Program-made: the position numbers and the translations under genes | Shown: one piece after another, positions 8,929 to 18,816 of the stretch | Layout: each line of letters opens with the position of its first letter | Numbering within the stretch: the stretch's first letter is position 1 | Notes under the pieces: generated by a model | The model's input: only the letters and a program-made list of their open reading frames with translations | Database searches by the model: none | Told to the model about the DNA's origin: nothing | Assembly: GCA_964387845.1 (NCBI GenBank) | Contig: CAYLXA010000009.1 | Coordinates: 32,001 to 96,000, forward strand | Length of the DNA: 64,000 bases | Direction of reading: 5' to 3' | DNA from: an uncultured bacterium | GTDB lineage: Bacteria; Omnitrophota; Omnitrophia; Omnitrophales; Abzuiibacteriaceae

Positions 8929-11900
8929 TTAAGCGGCCATCGACGTGCGGAGTTCGGAGCGGTACTGATTCATGATGTCGGCGGTTAAGCCGGCAAGCCC
9001 TGTCAGCAAGTCAAATTGACGGCTCGTGGGAGTAATCAAATCATCCGGACTTTGAAGAATGCCGCGCGCAAAAAGCATTTCCGCAGTACCTTTATCGCGG
9101 CGTGAGGTGCCTAATGCATAACGCAGTTCAGACCTTGTTTCGCGGAGAATTTCCATTAATCGACGGTCGTTTTCTGCAACCGGGACCGGCTTAAATCCGG
9201 CCGCAATAAGTTCTGCATTAATCTCTTCAATCACACGAAGTTCGGAACGGGTGCTTGGCCTTGCAATTAGAACATGGCTTGGTGAAAGATTTTGCTGAAG
9301 TACGGCAATCAGCGGCCCATATTCAAACAATCCGCTCAAGGCAATCAAAGCGGTCTGCGCTTCTGCGCCATTCACCGATGACGCTTTCAACCCTAAAACT
9401 TCTGAAACTGCTGCACGCAATTCGGAGCGAGGCGCTGCGATACGGCTTAAGCTTTTTTGAACAACCGCACTTAAACGTTTTAAAGACTTTTCCTGATCCG
9501 CCACCGGATTAAGCCGCGCGAAATCATCAACGCCTCTTAATTCCGATCTGAGCTCTTCAGATTCATCGTCAGCAGCAGATTGACTGACCGCATCGTCTAA
9601 ACTCTTTTGGTTACCCTCGTTAATAGCTTCTCGAGCTTCTTGCGGATTAATATCAAACATTTCCGAAATCTCTTGGACGTCTGCAGGATCCTCGGCATCA
9701 TATGCTTTGGACCGGACTCGAACGTGCTCCGCTGCTAATTCAACCGAGGTCAATCCATGCGAATCGCCGTCTTCTAAATCCATCCGCAACTCGGACCGCG
9801 CTTCGGCAGCTTTTTGCGGCTGATCAGCCAATAGAAGTGCTTTTAAATCATTGTAAATAGAGGCGGATTGCCGAAAATCGAAGAAGTCTTTGCCATTACT
9901 ATCCTTGCTCTTTGAAAACTTATATCGAATGGCATGATGAATCTCAAGAATAATCCCGAAGACGGTTTGAAAGAGGTCAAATGCTTCGCCCTGGATTCCC
10001 GATTGCCGAAAATCAGTTGCAAACGCCGACGCTATACTATATGTGTCAACTCCCAACTTCTTTATTTTGTCCATTTCTATATCCTGCCGGAAAGCTGCGT
10101 TCAGATAATCGCGTGCAAGCTTAAAATATTCGTTCTTAAAGCCCTGAAACCGCTCAAGCCAATCTGTTTGCTCAGGATCTATTTTTGAAAGCGCAAGTTC
10201 GGTGGTTCTTTCCGCGTGATCAACAAGCTGAGTAATCAACGCTCGCATATCTTCAAGACTATAGGCCGTTGCGGTCTTTGAAGCTTTACTGTGTCCGGCA
10301 TTAGTATCTTGCGTTCCGGATTTGATTCGCCTAATTATCACAGCCGCCGCCAATCCAAGAACTCCGATAACACCGACGGCTACCTGCCCAAAACTAATCT
10401 CCGAAAAATAACCCTCAAAAGTTTCTTTCAAGCCGACGGACCGGACAATTGGCCCAAAAGCAAAAACCAGGACGCCGGCGGCAACAAACGCGCTTATCGC
10501 GAGCCACTTCGTCCGGCCGGTTAAGCTTTCAAGCGAATCCGTCCTTAATTCCGAGCGGCTACCGTAGTCGGGCCGGCTGTAAAATTGGCTCCCTTTTTGA
10601 TGGACCGTAAATCCAATCGAATGAATGAGTTGAACCGCTTCGCGCCGGTTAATGGCATATCCGAGATTGCTTGCTAATAAAATCACCTTATCAACAGTGA
10701 CTCGGCGAATATTTTTCAATTCATCTAAAACCTTTATGAAAAGATCATTCGAATTTTTCTGAGCACGTAATTCGGAGCGCGATAATTGCTCAACCGTTTC
10801 CCGAACAAATTGCGGAACTTCGCCGGTTGCACGCAACAGTTCTTTTCCAACTAACGTCCGGCGATGAAAATCAGATATCGGACGGTCACTGATGGCATCA
10901 GTAAGAGCTTTAAAAAGGTTCGGATCATTTTGTTTAAGAACCTCTAAAGATTGCGCATCAACTTGCTGACGCAATTCCGAACGGTTCAGAACGGCATTGA
11001 GGACATCACGTAAATCGGAAACGGCTTGGTCGAGATTTTCGAAGTCAATTTCTTGATCAGACCCGGCGATTTTCAATTTGGAGCCGTTCACTTCACCCTT
11101 CAGTCCGATATGCCTCAAGTTGGCTTCGACCGTCCGAGCCGTCACTTCGGGATTAAAACTCGCCACTGGCGCCAAAAATTCTTTGTCACCCGCTCTCACC
11201 TGAATTTTCCACTCCGAACCGAAGCCGGAAATCAATTCTACTTGCAATTCCGAACGTACGGATTCATTGGCCGCTTTGACAATACCCGTAAATTCATCGG
11301 CTTTGAGACTGGCGCCGCCGATTAAGCCACCGTCAATGTTCTTCTTTGCGACCAGCGAAGCCGCATTCTTTGGATTCATACTGCCGCCGTATTGAATACG
11401 CAATTTGGAAGCAACATCTTCGCCGTAAATGGAGAGAACTAGAGCGCGAATATAACGCTGGACCTCATCAGCCTGTTCGGGTGTTGCGGTTTTCCCAGTT
11501 CCGATGGCCCACACCGGCTCATAGGCAATTACGACATTCGCCATTTGTTCGGCCGTTACATCTTTCAAACCTTCGAGGATTTGTTTTTCAATCACGCCAA
11601 ATGTTTTGAACGCTTCACGCTCTTCCAGTAATTCACCAATCGCCAAAATCGGCTTTAAACCATTTTTGAGCGCGATTTTGACTTTGTCGTTGACGACCGG
11701 ATCAGACTCAGTCAGCCGATGATCAGCCGCTTTCTTTAAATTTCCGTGACGCCTTTCTGAGTGGCCGATAATGACATATTGAACACCCAAATCTTTTAAC
11801 TGAGCATAGGATATCTGGCTCGTTTGAGCGCCCGGTTCTTCAGCAGACAGATCTTGAGCACCCAACGTAAGCTGCTTGCTACCCGGATAGATTGTGGTTT

Positions 11901-14900
11901 CTCTTAATCTTTTTATTTCTCTGACAACTTCATCAATATGAACAAAAGAAGGTGCGATAATAATTTCCGGGTCATTTTCCAATTGAGTATTTCCGAGGCT
12001 TACGACAATTTGCTCTGTCAAAACTTGAGCACTTATTTTATCGTTCACTGCCATCTTCCAATTGCCGCCGATGATTGGGGTGCGCTTCGCATTTTCCGCC
12101 CGCGCAAGCGCTTCGGAATCGATTTTAAGTTTTTCAATTGCTCTCTGCGCCTGAAATGAATTCCAATCATTCATGATTTCATCAAACTTTTGACGAAGCT
12201 TGGGATGCAGCCGCTCATACCGAGTCTTACCGTGAACAACCCCCTTCTCTTCAAACAGCCATTGCCGCCAACGGATTGCTTCTTTGGTAAACCACTCTAA
12301 ATCCTGCTCGCTGACATCAAGCAACTTAGCTAGCGCCTCGTCCGTCATGTCAAGGCCTTCTCTACGAAACCCGTCAACTGTCGGCGTAAAACCAATTAGC
12401 ATGGGCCATTTCTTAGCGTTTTTGGTTCCTCTCGGATCTTTTACGCGCTCTGATGACCATATATCACGCCGCACATTTTCCCTGAAACCGGGAAATTCCG
12501 GTTTTCCATCCGGGCCTTCTTTGAAAACGTTGTGAGTGATAAAAATAACCTCTTTCGGCTGATTCTCGAAAAATTCAAACATGTTGTTTGTGTGCGCAAT
12601 TTCGTCTCCCGCTTCAAAATCACCGTTCGCAAATGGACTGGGGGTCAATGCGCCCACCGTTCCGGCTGCCGCAGCCGTCGCGGCGCTGATCATCATCAAA
12701 CCATACAGAATACCAGTGGCAGTATCCGGTGCCTGTCTTAAGAAAAATCCGCCTTTCGGAAGTTTAACGCCCCATTCAACCACTTGGAAAGAAACCGGCT
12801 TGCCCCAATTTTCCGGCAAGAAATCTTTTGCATTATCCGGAATGGATACCGTAAAACGGCTGTTCGGATGTGCCCATTGAAGCGCAGCCGCATAAATTTT
12901 CATCAGTGATTCAGCAACGTCTTCATTGATATGCGGAGAAAGTTTAATCAACCGCGATTTAGCTTCTTTTTTGTTGATTTTTTCGAGATCAAACTCCTCC
13001 AAAATCGCACGAATCGTATCGGATTTGTCCGAAAGCCAGAATTTTTCCAAATCCTTCACAGGAACAGCCTTGAGCGCAATGTCAATCCGTTTCGGGTCGG
13101 TCGATGACATTCCGTTCCAAACATACCAGTTTGGCTGGCCGATCGGTTTTGGCTTTCCGTCCTCTTCCAATCCTTCCCACCATTGTTCGACAACCGTGTC
13201 TGTTTCGGGGTCTAATCGGTAAGCACCGTTCGTAAAAATCGTTTTGCTGCCGGGCCCAATCATTTTCATGATGCGCGGATTGCTCTTATTGTTGGTCCCG
13301 ACCAAAACGCCAAATGAACCCAGTTCGGGACTTTCTGCTTTTGGCCATCCATCTTCCGAAATCAACTCAGCCATATTAAGATCTCTAATAGGCGTAATAT
13401 AAGTTGGGTCTATGGGCTGCCCGCCTTCATCAAACAATTTGATGCCTGCCTGACCTTGAATCCAAGCAATGTCATCTCCATGAAATTCCACTTCCCAGTC
13501 TTCTTTCAAAGCATCGGGCACTTCAACAAACGCAGAATTGGTTTTTCCGACCGCGCTCGGGTAAGCGCCGAGAATACCGATCCGCTCGCCGGTCTTTTTG
13601 TTTATTAACACTTTGATCAGCATGTGTTCGGCAAGAAAATTCTTTTTCCGGAGCGCATCGTAGTTGGCTTGGCGAAGCGCTTCAAACTTCTTGCCGAAAA
13701 GCGCATTGCCGCCATATTCGGAGCCATAAGACAAAATTAACGCTTCATGCGCAACAAGAGCAAAGTAGCGGTTATCAATGGGATTTTCCTTTCGTTCGCG
13801 CTCAGCAGCTAACTTGTCCAGATCACCCGTCACATGAATGCCGCGCTCAAAAACGTATCCTTCTTTGATGGCATCCAGTGCTAATTTTCCGATTGCGATT
13901 TTTCCTACTCGAGCCATTTTAATCATGTTGAGAGCAACGTAACGGCTATCGGTCAGCTGAATGCCGACCCGCCTTACTCCAGAATCAGGATCCGACATCA
14001 AGTATGCAATTTTGTACATCTTCTTGCCCTTGTAGCCATCAGCCTTCATTAAATCTAAAATGGTTTGTTTCTTGCCCTCAGGGCCATCCGCCATCGCCCA
14101 ATTATTGGAAGGGCCTTTGTCGTTGGAATCGTTGGTAAGCACCATCGTGCGGTTCGCTGTTCTCGCAACATCCTTCGGATGGGAGTGAGCGACATATCTT
14201 CCGTCATTTGTTTTAAAATAGCGTCGGGATGTTTTCCCCCACTCAACTTGTTCTTCCTGGAGGCGATCTTCATCGGAAACGTCAACCCATTCCGATTCTC
14301 CCGCCCCGACAAGCTCGTGGGCATAATCAACAAATTCATGAACCGACTGAGGAACTCCTTTGAAATCATCCTCGCTTAAGTTAATCCGCAGTTCGCTGCG
14401 AGAAAGTGAAGGAATTTCACGGTCGCGGTACAAATCCAAAACATCAGACGGTTCCAATCCAAATCTTGTTATAAGAGCTGAGGCAAGCGTTCCGGGATTC
14501 GCTTGGAGATGTTCTCTCGCTTCATTAAGCGCTCTTTCGCGCATTTCAGCTTCATATGCAGCAGTATCGCTTCCGCGGCCTCTTTGCGCATGACGAACGG
14601 CTCTGAGTTCGCTGCGAGTCGTTAGAAGCTGATCGATAACTTCAATGGCGCTTGCAACCGTTTGAATTTTTTCAGCTTCTTCATCTGGAATTCTAATATC
14701 AAAGTCACCCTCTAGTGACACAACGAATTCGACAGTTTTCAACGAATCCCAATTCTCTATTAAATCTTCAAATCGAACATCATCATCAATGGGAATATCT
14801 GATTCCAAACCGCTGATCTCTCTAAGTCGCCAAATAACTTGCCGCTGAATGTCACCGATGCTGAATATGCTTGCGCCGGCTGTGTCACCAGTGCGAAGTT

Positions 14901-17900
14901 CGCTCTGTTTAGCAGCGAGAGCATTGCTCGGCTCTGTGCTTTTTGCCCGCCGAAGAGAGAGACCATGCCTGTCAAGCGCGGCTGTGATTTCTTGAATATT
15001 CTCGACTGAAAAACGGGCTTGCCTGAGATCAGTCGCACTCATTTGGGTTAAGACGTTGACAGTCGTAACACCCTTAGTTCTTAACAGGCCAGCGAGTTTG
15101 ACGGGCAAGTTTAATTGTGAAAAACGGATGCTTTGCGCAGCATTACCCCGAAGCTCCGAACGCGCAGCGGCTTTGATTGCTTCTTCCAAGAGCGCAATGT
15201 GCTCATTGATAACGATAAACTCTGTGACTTGGAAATCCTGATCCTCCGGACTGAGCGTGGCTAAATTTTCATGCAGATAACTGACCAATTCGGCAAACTT
15301 TGATCTCATAACTTGAAGCATTTCCTTCAGCTCTTCGGCGGAAAACCGGCTCAAATACTCTTTGTAAACGGCTTTCCGGTCAGAGGATTCAACCTGCGAT
15401 TGCAACTGCGCAATCCGCATCTCTACGTTCCGGGCCAGATCTGCTGCAAAAGATTCCGGAGAAATCGGCTTATTTTCAAAAAGCACGGCTTCCATAAGCC
15501 CGCTCGGGCCTTCTTTTGTTTCCACCGTTCTTGCGTCGGCTACGACCTGATTAGAGTCCGCATGCTCAAAACCTCTCAACTGGATACCGTTCCGGAGACT
15601 GACGCCGATCCATCCTCCACGGCCGCCGAAACGCTCGCCCATTCCATGATCCGTAAAAATAATGCGGGAATCAATTTGAAAACCACCGATCACGCCACGT
15701 TTCTCGGCGTTTAGTTTGGTCGCAAATTCATGAAACGGCAGATGCCCGGTAAACAAACGGTTAAACCCGTTGACTTCGGCGAGTCTTCGCGCACCAAACT
15801 TATTAATAGCAGCCGCCACATTCGGCACCTTGATCTCGGTCGTGTTGTCGGCATACCAGCTGTTTACCAAATTGAGCGCTTCATAAATTTCAGAAAGCGA
15901 CGGGTTTGAGCGTATGTCGTGCGCAACAATGTCCAAGCCTTGCCAAACCGATGGATGTTCTTTGCTGCCTTTTCCTCGATATTCAATTTTCTTAGACGGA
16001 TCATCCTTGCTTCTGTAGGTGAAATAAAATTCACCTGTGCTCATATCCACCGGCAAAAACGCGTGCATATAAATATTTTGATAAGCATCGCGCTGATACA
16101 AATGAAACTGCGCTTTGAAGAAATCAGCTATCCGGTCAAGCGTGTGATTTTCCAGATAATTGGCCGAAGTCACTTTTGCATCGGCCGGCAAGTTTTCGTT
16201 CAACTCCTTGATAACCGCTGTTCCCCAATCCTTATGAAAGACCCAGTCTTTCGCCCACCACTCAGGTGACGTATAATTCTGCCGGTTAACGGCTTCGAAA
16301 ACTTTTGCCCAGTCTTTGCCTTGATCCACAAACGATTGGAGGTCTTTCTTGAGTTCGGGAAGAATATCTTCGGACATCATCCGGATCGCTTCACGCCACG
16401 CCTGATTGGACGGCAGTTCGGCATCAAAACCCTGTGCGGCTTCAATCGATGCATAAGCCTTTCTAAATCCCTCCAGCAAATCTTCCCACCAAGGAATCGA
16501 AACGGTGCCGACCGCGCGGACTCCGGTGTAAATATCCACCAAATACCAGCCTCGGAACTGATTCCACAACCGGATCTGCTCGGCATCACCGTTCAAACTG
16601 GCAGAAACTTGCTTGTAAAGACCGCTGCCTTCAACGCGTTTCTTGCGTTTTTCATCAGTCCATGCGCCGTTTACTTTAATTTCAAGCGTATCCCAAAATT
16701 CTTTTTGCCGCTTTTCATGGAATGCGGTAAATTCGGCGAGATGTTCCGCCCACCAAGTTTTGGCTTTGGCTTCGGGAATTTCTTTCCGGTAGCGATCCGC
16801 GATTGCTTCTGCTTCCCGGTCACCGTAAAAATTATAGCCTTCGTAAAACGGCAAATGAAAACCCTGCAAATTCATAAACATCCACAAATCATGATTGCCC
16901 GGTATAAAATCAGACAGTCCCGCATCAATTAATTCTGCGGAACGATGAAATACTTTCACGCCGTAAGGCCCGCGATCCATCAAGTCGCCTAAATTATGAA
17001 GGTAAATCTTGCGCCGCAAATCATCAAACGTAACGCCATGAACGGCCAGCTGGTCTTGAAGTGCTTTACTCGGATTCAATTTAAAATCTGCCGGCAGTTG
17101 ACCGGGCAAAACTTGGTTGATTGCATCAACGATCAGTGCGTCAAAACGATCGATCGTTCCGTGCTGGTCCGAAATAACGGCTGCAATGGGAAAATCTCTA
17201 GACTCAGAGGGTTTTTCAAGCTGCGAAAGCAAATCAAATAGCAATTTCAGCTCTTCCTTTGACGGCATATAGGTAGTCGAAATGCTCTTTTCTCTCAGTT
17301 CAGAGCGGTTCTTACGATTGCTATTGTGATTGAGCTCAAAAATACGGTTAATCTGACCTGCAACAGTTGCAAGGTCACCCCGCACAGGCCATTCAACTGT
17401 GACTAAGGTATCCCGCTCAACAATCGGTATCACGGAACTTCTGTGATCGCCTTTGGCTAATTGCACGCCACGAGTTTGAAGAAGAGTTGCTAAAGCGTGA
17501 GCGCTGCCTGCAAACTGAGGTTCCGCATGACCTGGAAAATAAACATCCAATCCTTTCTTCTTTAAATTTGGGATCACATGAACAGGCGCTTGATTAGAAT
17601 TGACAAGGCCTGAAACTGGTAATTGGGCCGGTTGGCCAAGAGGATCGCTTGAATCGGCAACAGGAAAAGGACTATTCTTTGTCTTGGTTCTCTTTCTAAG
17701 AGCTTTTTTGCGGGTACTTGCTTCAGTTACCGAACCGCTGGCATGAGCAATCACTTCTCCGTCTTTATTATCGCGCTTCACTTCATAAAAAAGTACATTT
17801 GTGCCGCCTTTCCGCTCAACTTTAAAAATTTGTAAGCGTATTTTCTTTCCGCGAGGGCCCACAAAGAAAACTGAATTGCGGGCGCGATTTAAGGCATAAT

Positions 17901-18741
17901 CTGAAATTGCTGCTTTAATTTCATCTATATACTGCTTCATATCGGCGGTTTCGGTGATGAAACTCGAAAATTCAAATTTCTGGATCTGCTGAGCCCGGAG
18001 TTCAGAGCGCAGCAGTTCGAGTGCGGTTTCGCGGGCTTCGGAATCTTGAGGGAACGCAAAGATGGTGTCCACCAAAACCAATTTTCCGTTTCGGATATAT
18101 TCCATAAAAGAATCGATTTCAGGCCCCGGGAAAACTCCTTTGTGTTCACCCAGCATGTGAGAAATGTGATGATTTTGCGAAACGCTCTTTAAACCATTGC
18201 CGACATGGAAATGCAGGTGAGGCACTGTGATTTCCGTTCCACCGTTTACTCTCACTTTCAATTCTTTGCCCTGCCTAAAAAAGACCGTTAATTTTTTACT
18301 GTCATCTGAACTTTCTATCGATGACACGCCGCCATACAAGAGAGCATCTTTTAATTGGGCAGACAAATTATCCGGCCATGCAATGGTTTGGAAATCAAGG
18401 GATCCCTCGCCCAAAAGGCCTCTGTGTTCTGTGGTTTGCGCTACAATTAATAGAAGCTTGTCCGCCAATTGATCCGCAAGCTGTTGGCTGAGCGGTTTAT
18501 TCGGATCCAAAAACAACACTTGCCTGAGTTCGGAACGGAAAGAAGGATATTGCGCTGCAAATTGACGGAGTTCGGAAGCGGCTTTGCTCCAGACAGCGGC
18601 TAAATTGCGGACCGTAGTGGTGCCGGGCTTCGGCGCGAAAATAGTTTGCGGAATGTCCGAATATGCCATCGAACTCGAGAATGTAAACGCAAACAATGTT
18701 GCGCTTGCCGTCATTTTGATCAGTTTATGTTTTAGATTCAT
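8929..18741 (-). CDS. Giant polyprotein-like gene of about 3270 aa. It has a signal-peptide-like leader, a metallophosphoesterase module, a complete GTP-type PEP carboxykinase, a complete triosephosphate isomerase, a transmembrane segment and further modules. Twelve exact RSELR motifs. The start is moved to the ATG at 18739..18741.
   Basis: Stop-free frame of 9.8 kb. True N-terminus MNLKHKLIKMTASATLFAFTFSSSMAYSDIP. The track's 5' extension (MVSFKLLTTYHLSLITK) is a translation of the repeat element. Confidence 0.8.
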   Translation of the reverse strand: MNLKHKLIKMTASATLFAFTFSSSMAYSDIPQTIFAPKPGTTTVRNLAAVWSKAASELRQFAAQYPSFRSELRQVLFLDPNKPLSQQLADQLADKLLLIVAQTTEHRGLLGEGSLDFQTIAWPDNLSAQLKDALLYGGVSSIESSDDSKKLTVFFRQGKELKVRVNGGTEITVPHLHFHVGNGLKSVSQNHHISHMLGEHKGVFPGPEIDSFMEYIRNGKLVLVDTIFAFPQDSEARETALELLRSELRAQQIQKFEFSSFITETADMKQYIDEIKAAISDYALNRARNSVFFVGPRGKKIRLQIFKVERKGGTNVLFYEVKRDNKDGEVIAHASGSVTEASTRKKALRKRTKTKNSPFPVADSSDPLGQPAQLPVSGLVNSNQAPVHVIPNLKKKGLDVYFPGHAEPQFAGSAHALATLLQTRGVQLAKGDHRSSVIPIVERDTLVTVEWPVRGDLATVAGQINRIFELNHNSNRKNRSELREKSISTTYMPSKEELKLLFDLLSQLEKPSESRDFPIAAVISDQHGTIDRFDALIVDAINQVLPGQLPADFKLNPSKALQDQLAVHGVTFDDLRRKIYLHNLGDLMDRGPYGVKVFHRSAELIDAGLSDFIPGNHDLWMFMNLQGFHLPFYEGYNFYGDREAEAIADRYRKEIPEAKAKTWWAEHLAEFTAFHEKRQKEFWDTLEIKVNGAWTDEKRKKRVEGSGLYKQVSASLNGDAEQIRLWNQFRGWYLVDIYTGVRAVGTVSIPWWEDLLEGFRKAYASIEAAQGFDAELPSNQAWREAIRMMSEDILPELKKDLQSFVDQGKDWAKVFEAVNRQNYTSPEWWAKDWVFHKDWGTAVIKELNENLPADAKVTSANYLENHTLDRIADFFKAQFHLYQRDAYQNIYMHAFLPVDMSTGEFYFTYRSKDDPSKKIEYRGKGSKEHPSVWQGLDIVAHDIRSNPSLSEIYEALNLVNSWYADNTTEIKVPNVAAAINKFGARRLAEVNGFNRLFTGHLPFHEFATKLNAEKRGVIGGFQIDSRIIFTDHGMGERFGGRGGWIGVSLRNGIQLRGFEHADSNQVVADARTVETKEGPSGLMEAVLFENKPISPESFAADLARNVEMRIAQLQSQVESSDRKAVYKEYLSRFSAEELKEMLQVMRSKFAELVSYLHENLATLSPEDQDFQVTEFIVINEHIALLEEAIKAAARSELRGNAAQSIRFSQLNLPVKLAGLLRTKGVTTVNVLTQMSATDLRQARFSVENIQEITAALDRHGLSLRRAKSTEPSNALAAKQSELRTGDTAGASIFSIGDIQRQVIWRLREISGLESDIPIDDDVRFEDLIENWDSLKTVEFVVSLEGDFDIRIPDEEAEKIQTVASAIEVIDQLLTTRSELRAVRHAQRGRGSDTAAYEAEMRERALNEAREHLQANPGTLASALITRFGLEPSDVLDLYRDREIPSLSRSELRINLSEDDFKGVPQSVHEFVDYAHELVGAGESEWVDVSDEDRLQEEQVEWGKTSRRYFKTNDGRYVAHSHPKDVARTANRTMVLTNDSNDKGPSNNWAMADGPEGKKQTILDLMKADGYKGKKMYKIAYLMSDPDSGVRRVGIQLTDSRYVALNMIKMARVGKIAIGKLALDAIKEGYVFERGIHVTGDLDKLAAERERKENPIDNRYFALVAHEALILSYGSEYGGNALFGKKFEALRQANYDALRKKNFLAEHMLIKVLINKKTGERIGILGAYPSAVGKTNSAFVEVPDALKEDWEVEFHGDDIAWIQGQAGIKLFDEGGQPIDPTYITPIRDLNMAELISEDGWPKAESPELGSFGVLVGTNNKSNPRIMKMIGPGSKTIFTNGAYRLDPETDTVVEQWWEGLEEDGKPKPIGQPNWYVWNGMSSTDPKRIDIALKAVPVKDLEKFWLSDKSDTIRAILEEFDLEKINKKEAKSRLIKLSPHINEDVAESLMKIYAAALQWAHPNSRFTVSIPDNAKDFLPENWGKPVSFQVVEWGVKLPKGGFFLRQAPDTATGILYGLMMISAATAAAAGTVGALTPSPFANGDFEAGDEIAHTNNMFEFFENQPKEVIFITHNVFKEGPDGKPEFPGFRENVRRDIWSSERVKDPRGTKNAKKWPMLIGFTPTVDGFRREGLDMTDEALAKLLDVSEQDLEWFTKEAIRWRQWLFEEKGVVHGKTRYERLHPKLRQKFDEIMNDWNSFQAQRAIEKLKIDSEALARAENAKRTPIIGGNWKMAVNDKISAQVLTEQIVVSLGNTQLENDPEIIIAPSFVHIDEVVREIKRLRETTIYPGSKQLTLGAQDLSAEEPGAQTSQISYAQLKDLGVQYVIIGHSERRHGNLKKAADHRLTESDPVVNDKVKIALKNGLKPILAIGELLEEREAFKTFGVIEKQILEGLKDVTAEQMANVVIAYEPVWAIGTGKTATPEQADEVQRYIRALVLSIYGEDVASKLRIQYGGSMNPKNAASLVAKKNIDGGLIGGASLKADEFTGIVKAANESVRSELQVELISGFGSEWKIQVRAGDKEFLAPVASFNPEVTARTVEANLRHIGLKGEVNGSKLKIAGSDQEIDFENLDQAVSDLRDVLNAVLNRSELRQQVDAQSLEVLKQNDPNLFKALTDAISDRPISDFHRRTLVGKELLRATGEVPQFVRETVEQLSRSELRAQKNSNDLFIKVLDELKNIRRVTVDKVILLASNLGYAINRREAVQLIHSIGFTVHQKGSQFYSRPDYGSRSELRTDSLESLTGRTKWLAISAFVAAGVLVFAFGPIVRSVGLKETFEGYFSEISFGQVAVGVIGVLGLAAAVIIRRIKSGTQDTNAGHSKASKTATAYSLEDMRALITQLVDHAERTTELALSKIDPEQTDWLERFQGFKNEYFKLARDYLNAAFRQDIEMDKIKKLGVDTYSIASAFATDFRQSGIQGEAFDLFQTVFGIILEIHHAIRYKFSKSKDSNGKDFFDFRQSASIYNDLKALLLADQPQKAAEARSELRMDLEDGDSHGLTSVELAAEHVRVRSKAYDAEDPADVQEISEMFDINPQEAREAINEGNQKSLDDAVSQSAADDESEELRSELRGVDDFARLNPVADQEKSLKRLSAVVQKSLSRIAAPRSELRAAVSEVLGLKASSVNGAEAQTALIALSGLFEYGPLIAVLQQNLSPSHVLIARPSTRSELRVIEEINAELIAAGFKPVPVAENDRRLMEILRETRSELRYALGTSRRDKGTAEMLFARGILQSPDDLITPTSRQFDLLTGLAGLTADIMNQYRSELRTSMAA
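11290..12090 (-). other. Complete triosephosphate isomerase module.
   Basis: IIGGNWKM, IIGHSERR, AYEPVWAIGTGKTATP and YGGSMNP. It follows the PEPCK module directly. Confidence 0.8.
12190..14370 (-). other. Complete GTP-dependent phosphoenolpyruvate carboxykinase module.
   Basis: NNWAMADG, GKKMYKIAYLMSDPDSGVRRVGIQLTDSRYV, SYGSEYGGNALFGKKFEALR, YPSAVGKTN and HGDDIAW. Preceded by RSELR at about 14380..14400. Coordinates are approximate. Confidence 0.75.
15750..17200 (-). other. Calcineurin-like metallophosphoesterase module inside the 3270-aa gene.
   Basis: ISDQHG, GDLMDRG and GNHD motifs. Coordinates are approximate. Confidence 0.55.
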
Positions 18742-18747
18742 GTTTTT

Positions 18748-18810
18748 AGTGATAAGTGATAAGTGGTAAGTGGTAAGCAACTTAAAACTTACCACTTACA
18801 ACTTACGACT
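18748..18810. repeat. Heptamer-based palindromic intergenic element of the GTAAGTG family, between the 5718-aa and 3270-aa genes.
   Basis: tagtgataagtgataagtggtaagtggtaag / acttaccacttacaacttacgact. Confidence 0.75.
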
Positions 18811-18816
18811 GAAAAA

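Noticed and set aside
3990-18810. GTAAGT arrays as eukaryotic 5' splice-donor signals or intron remnants.
   Set aside because: The context is plainly bacterial (CIRCE/hrcA operon, sigma70 promoters, operon structure). The motif occurs as tandem heptamers paired with their complement in palindromes, not as isolated exon-intron junctions.
4332-18810. The heptamer repeat arrays as a CRISPR array.
   Set aside because: There are no regularly sized unique spacers and the repeat units are 7 nt. The arrays form self-complementary arms scattered between genes.
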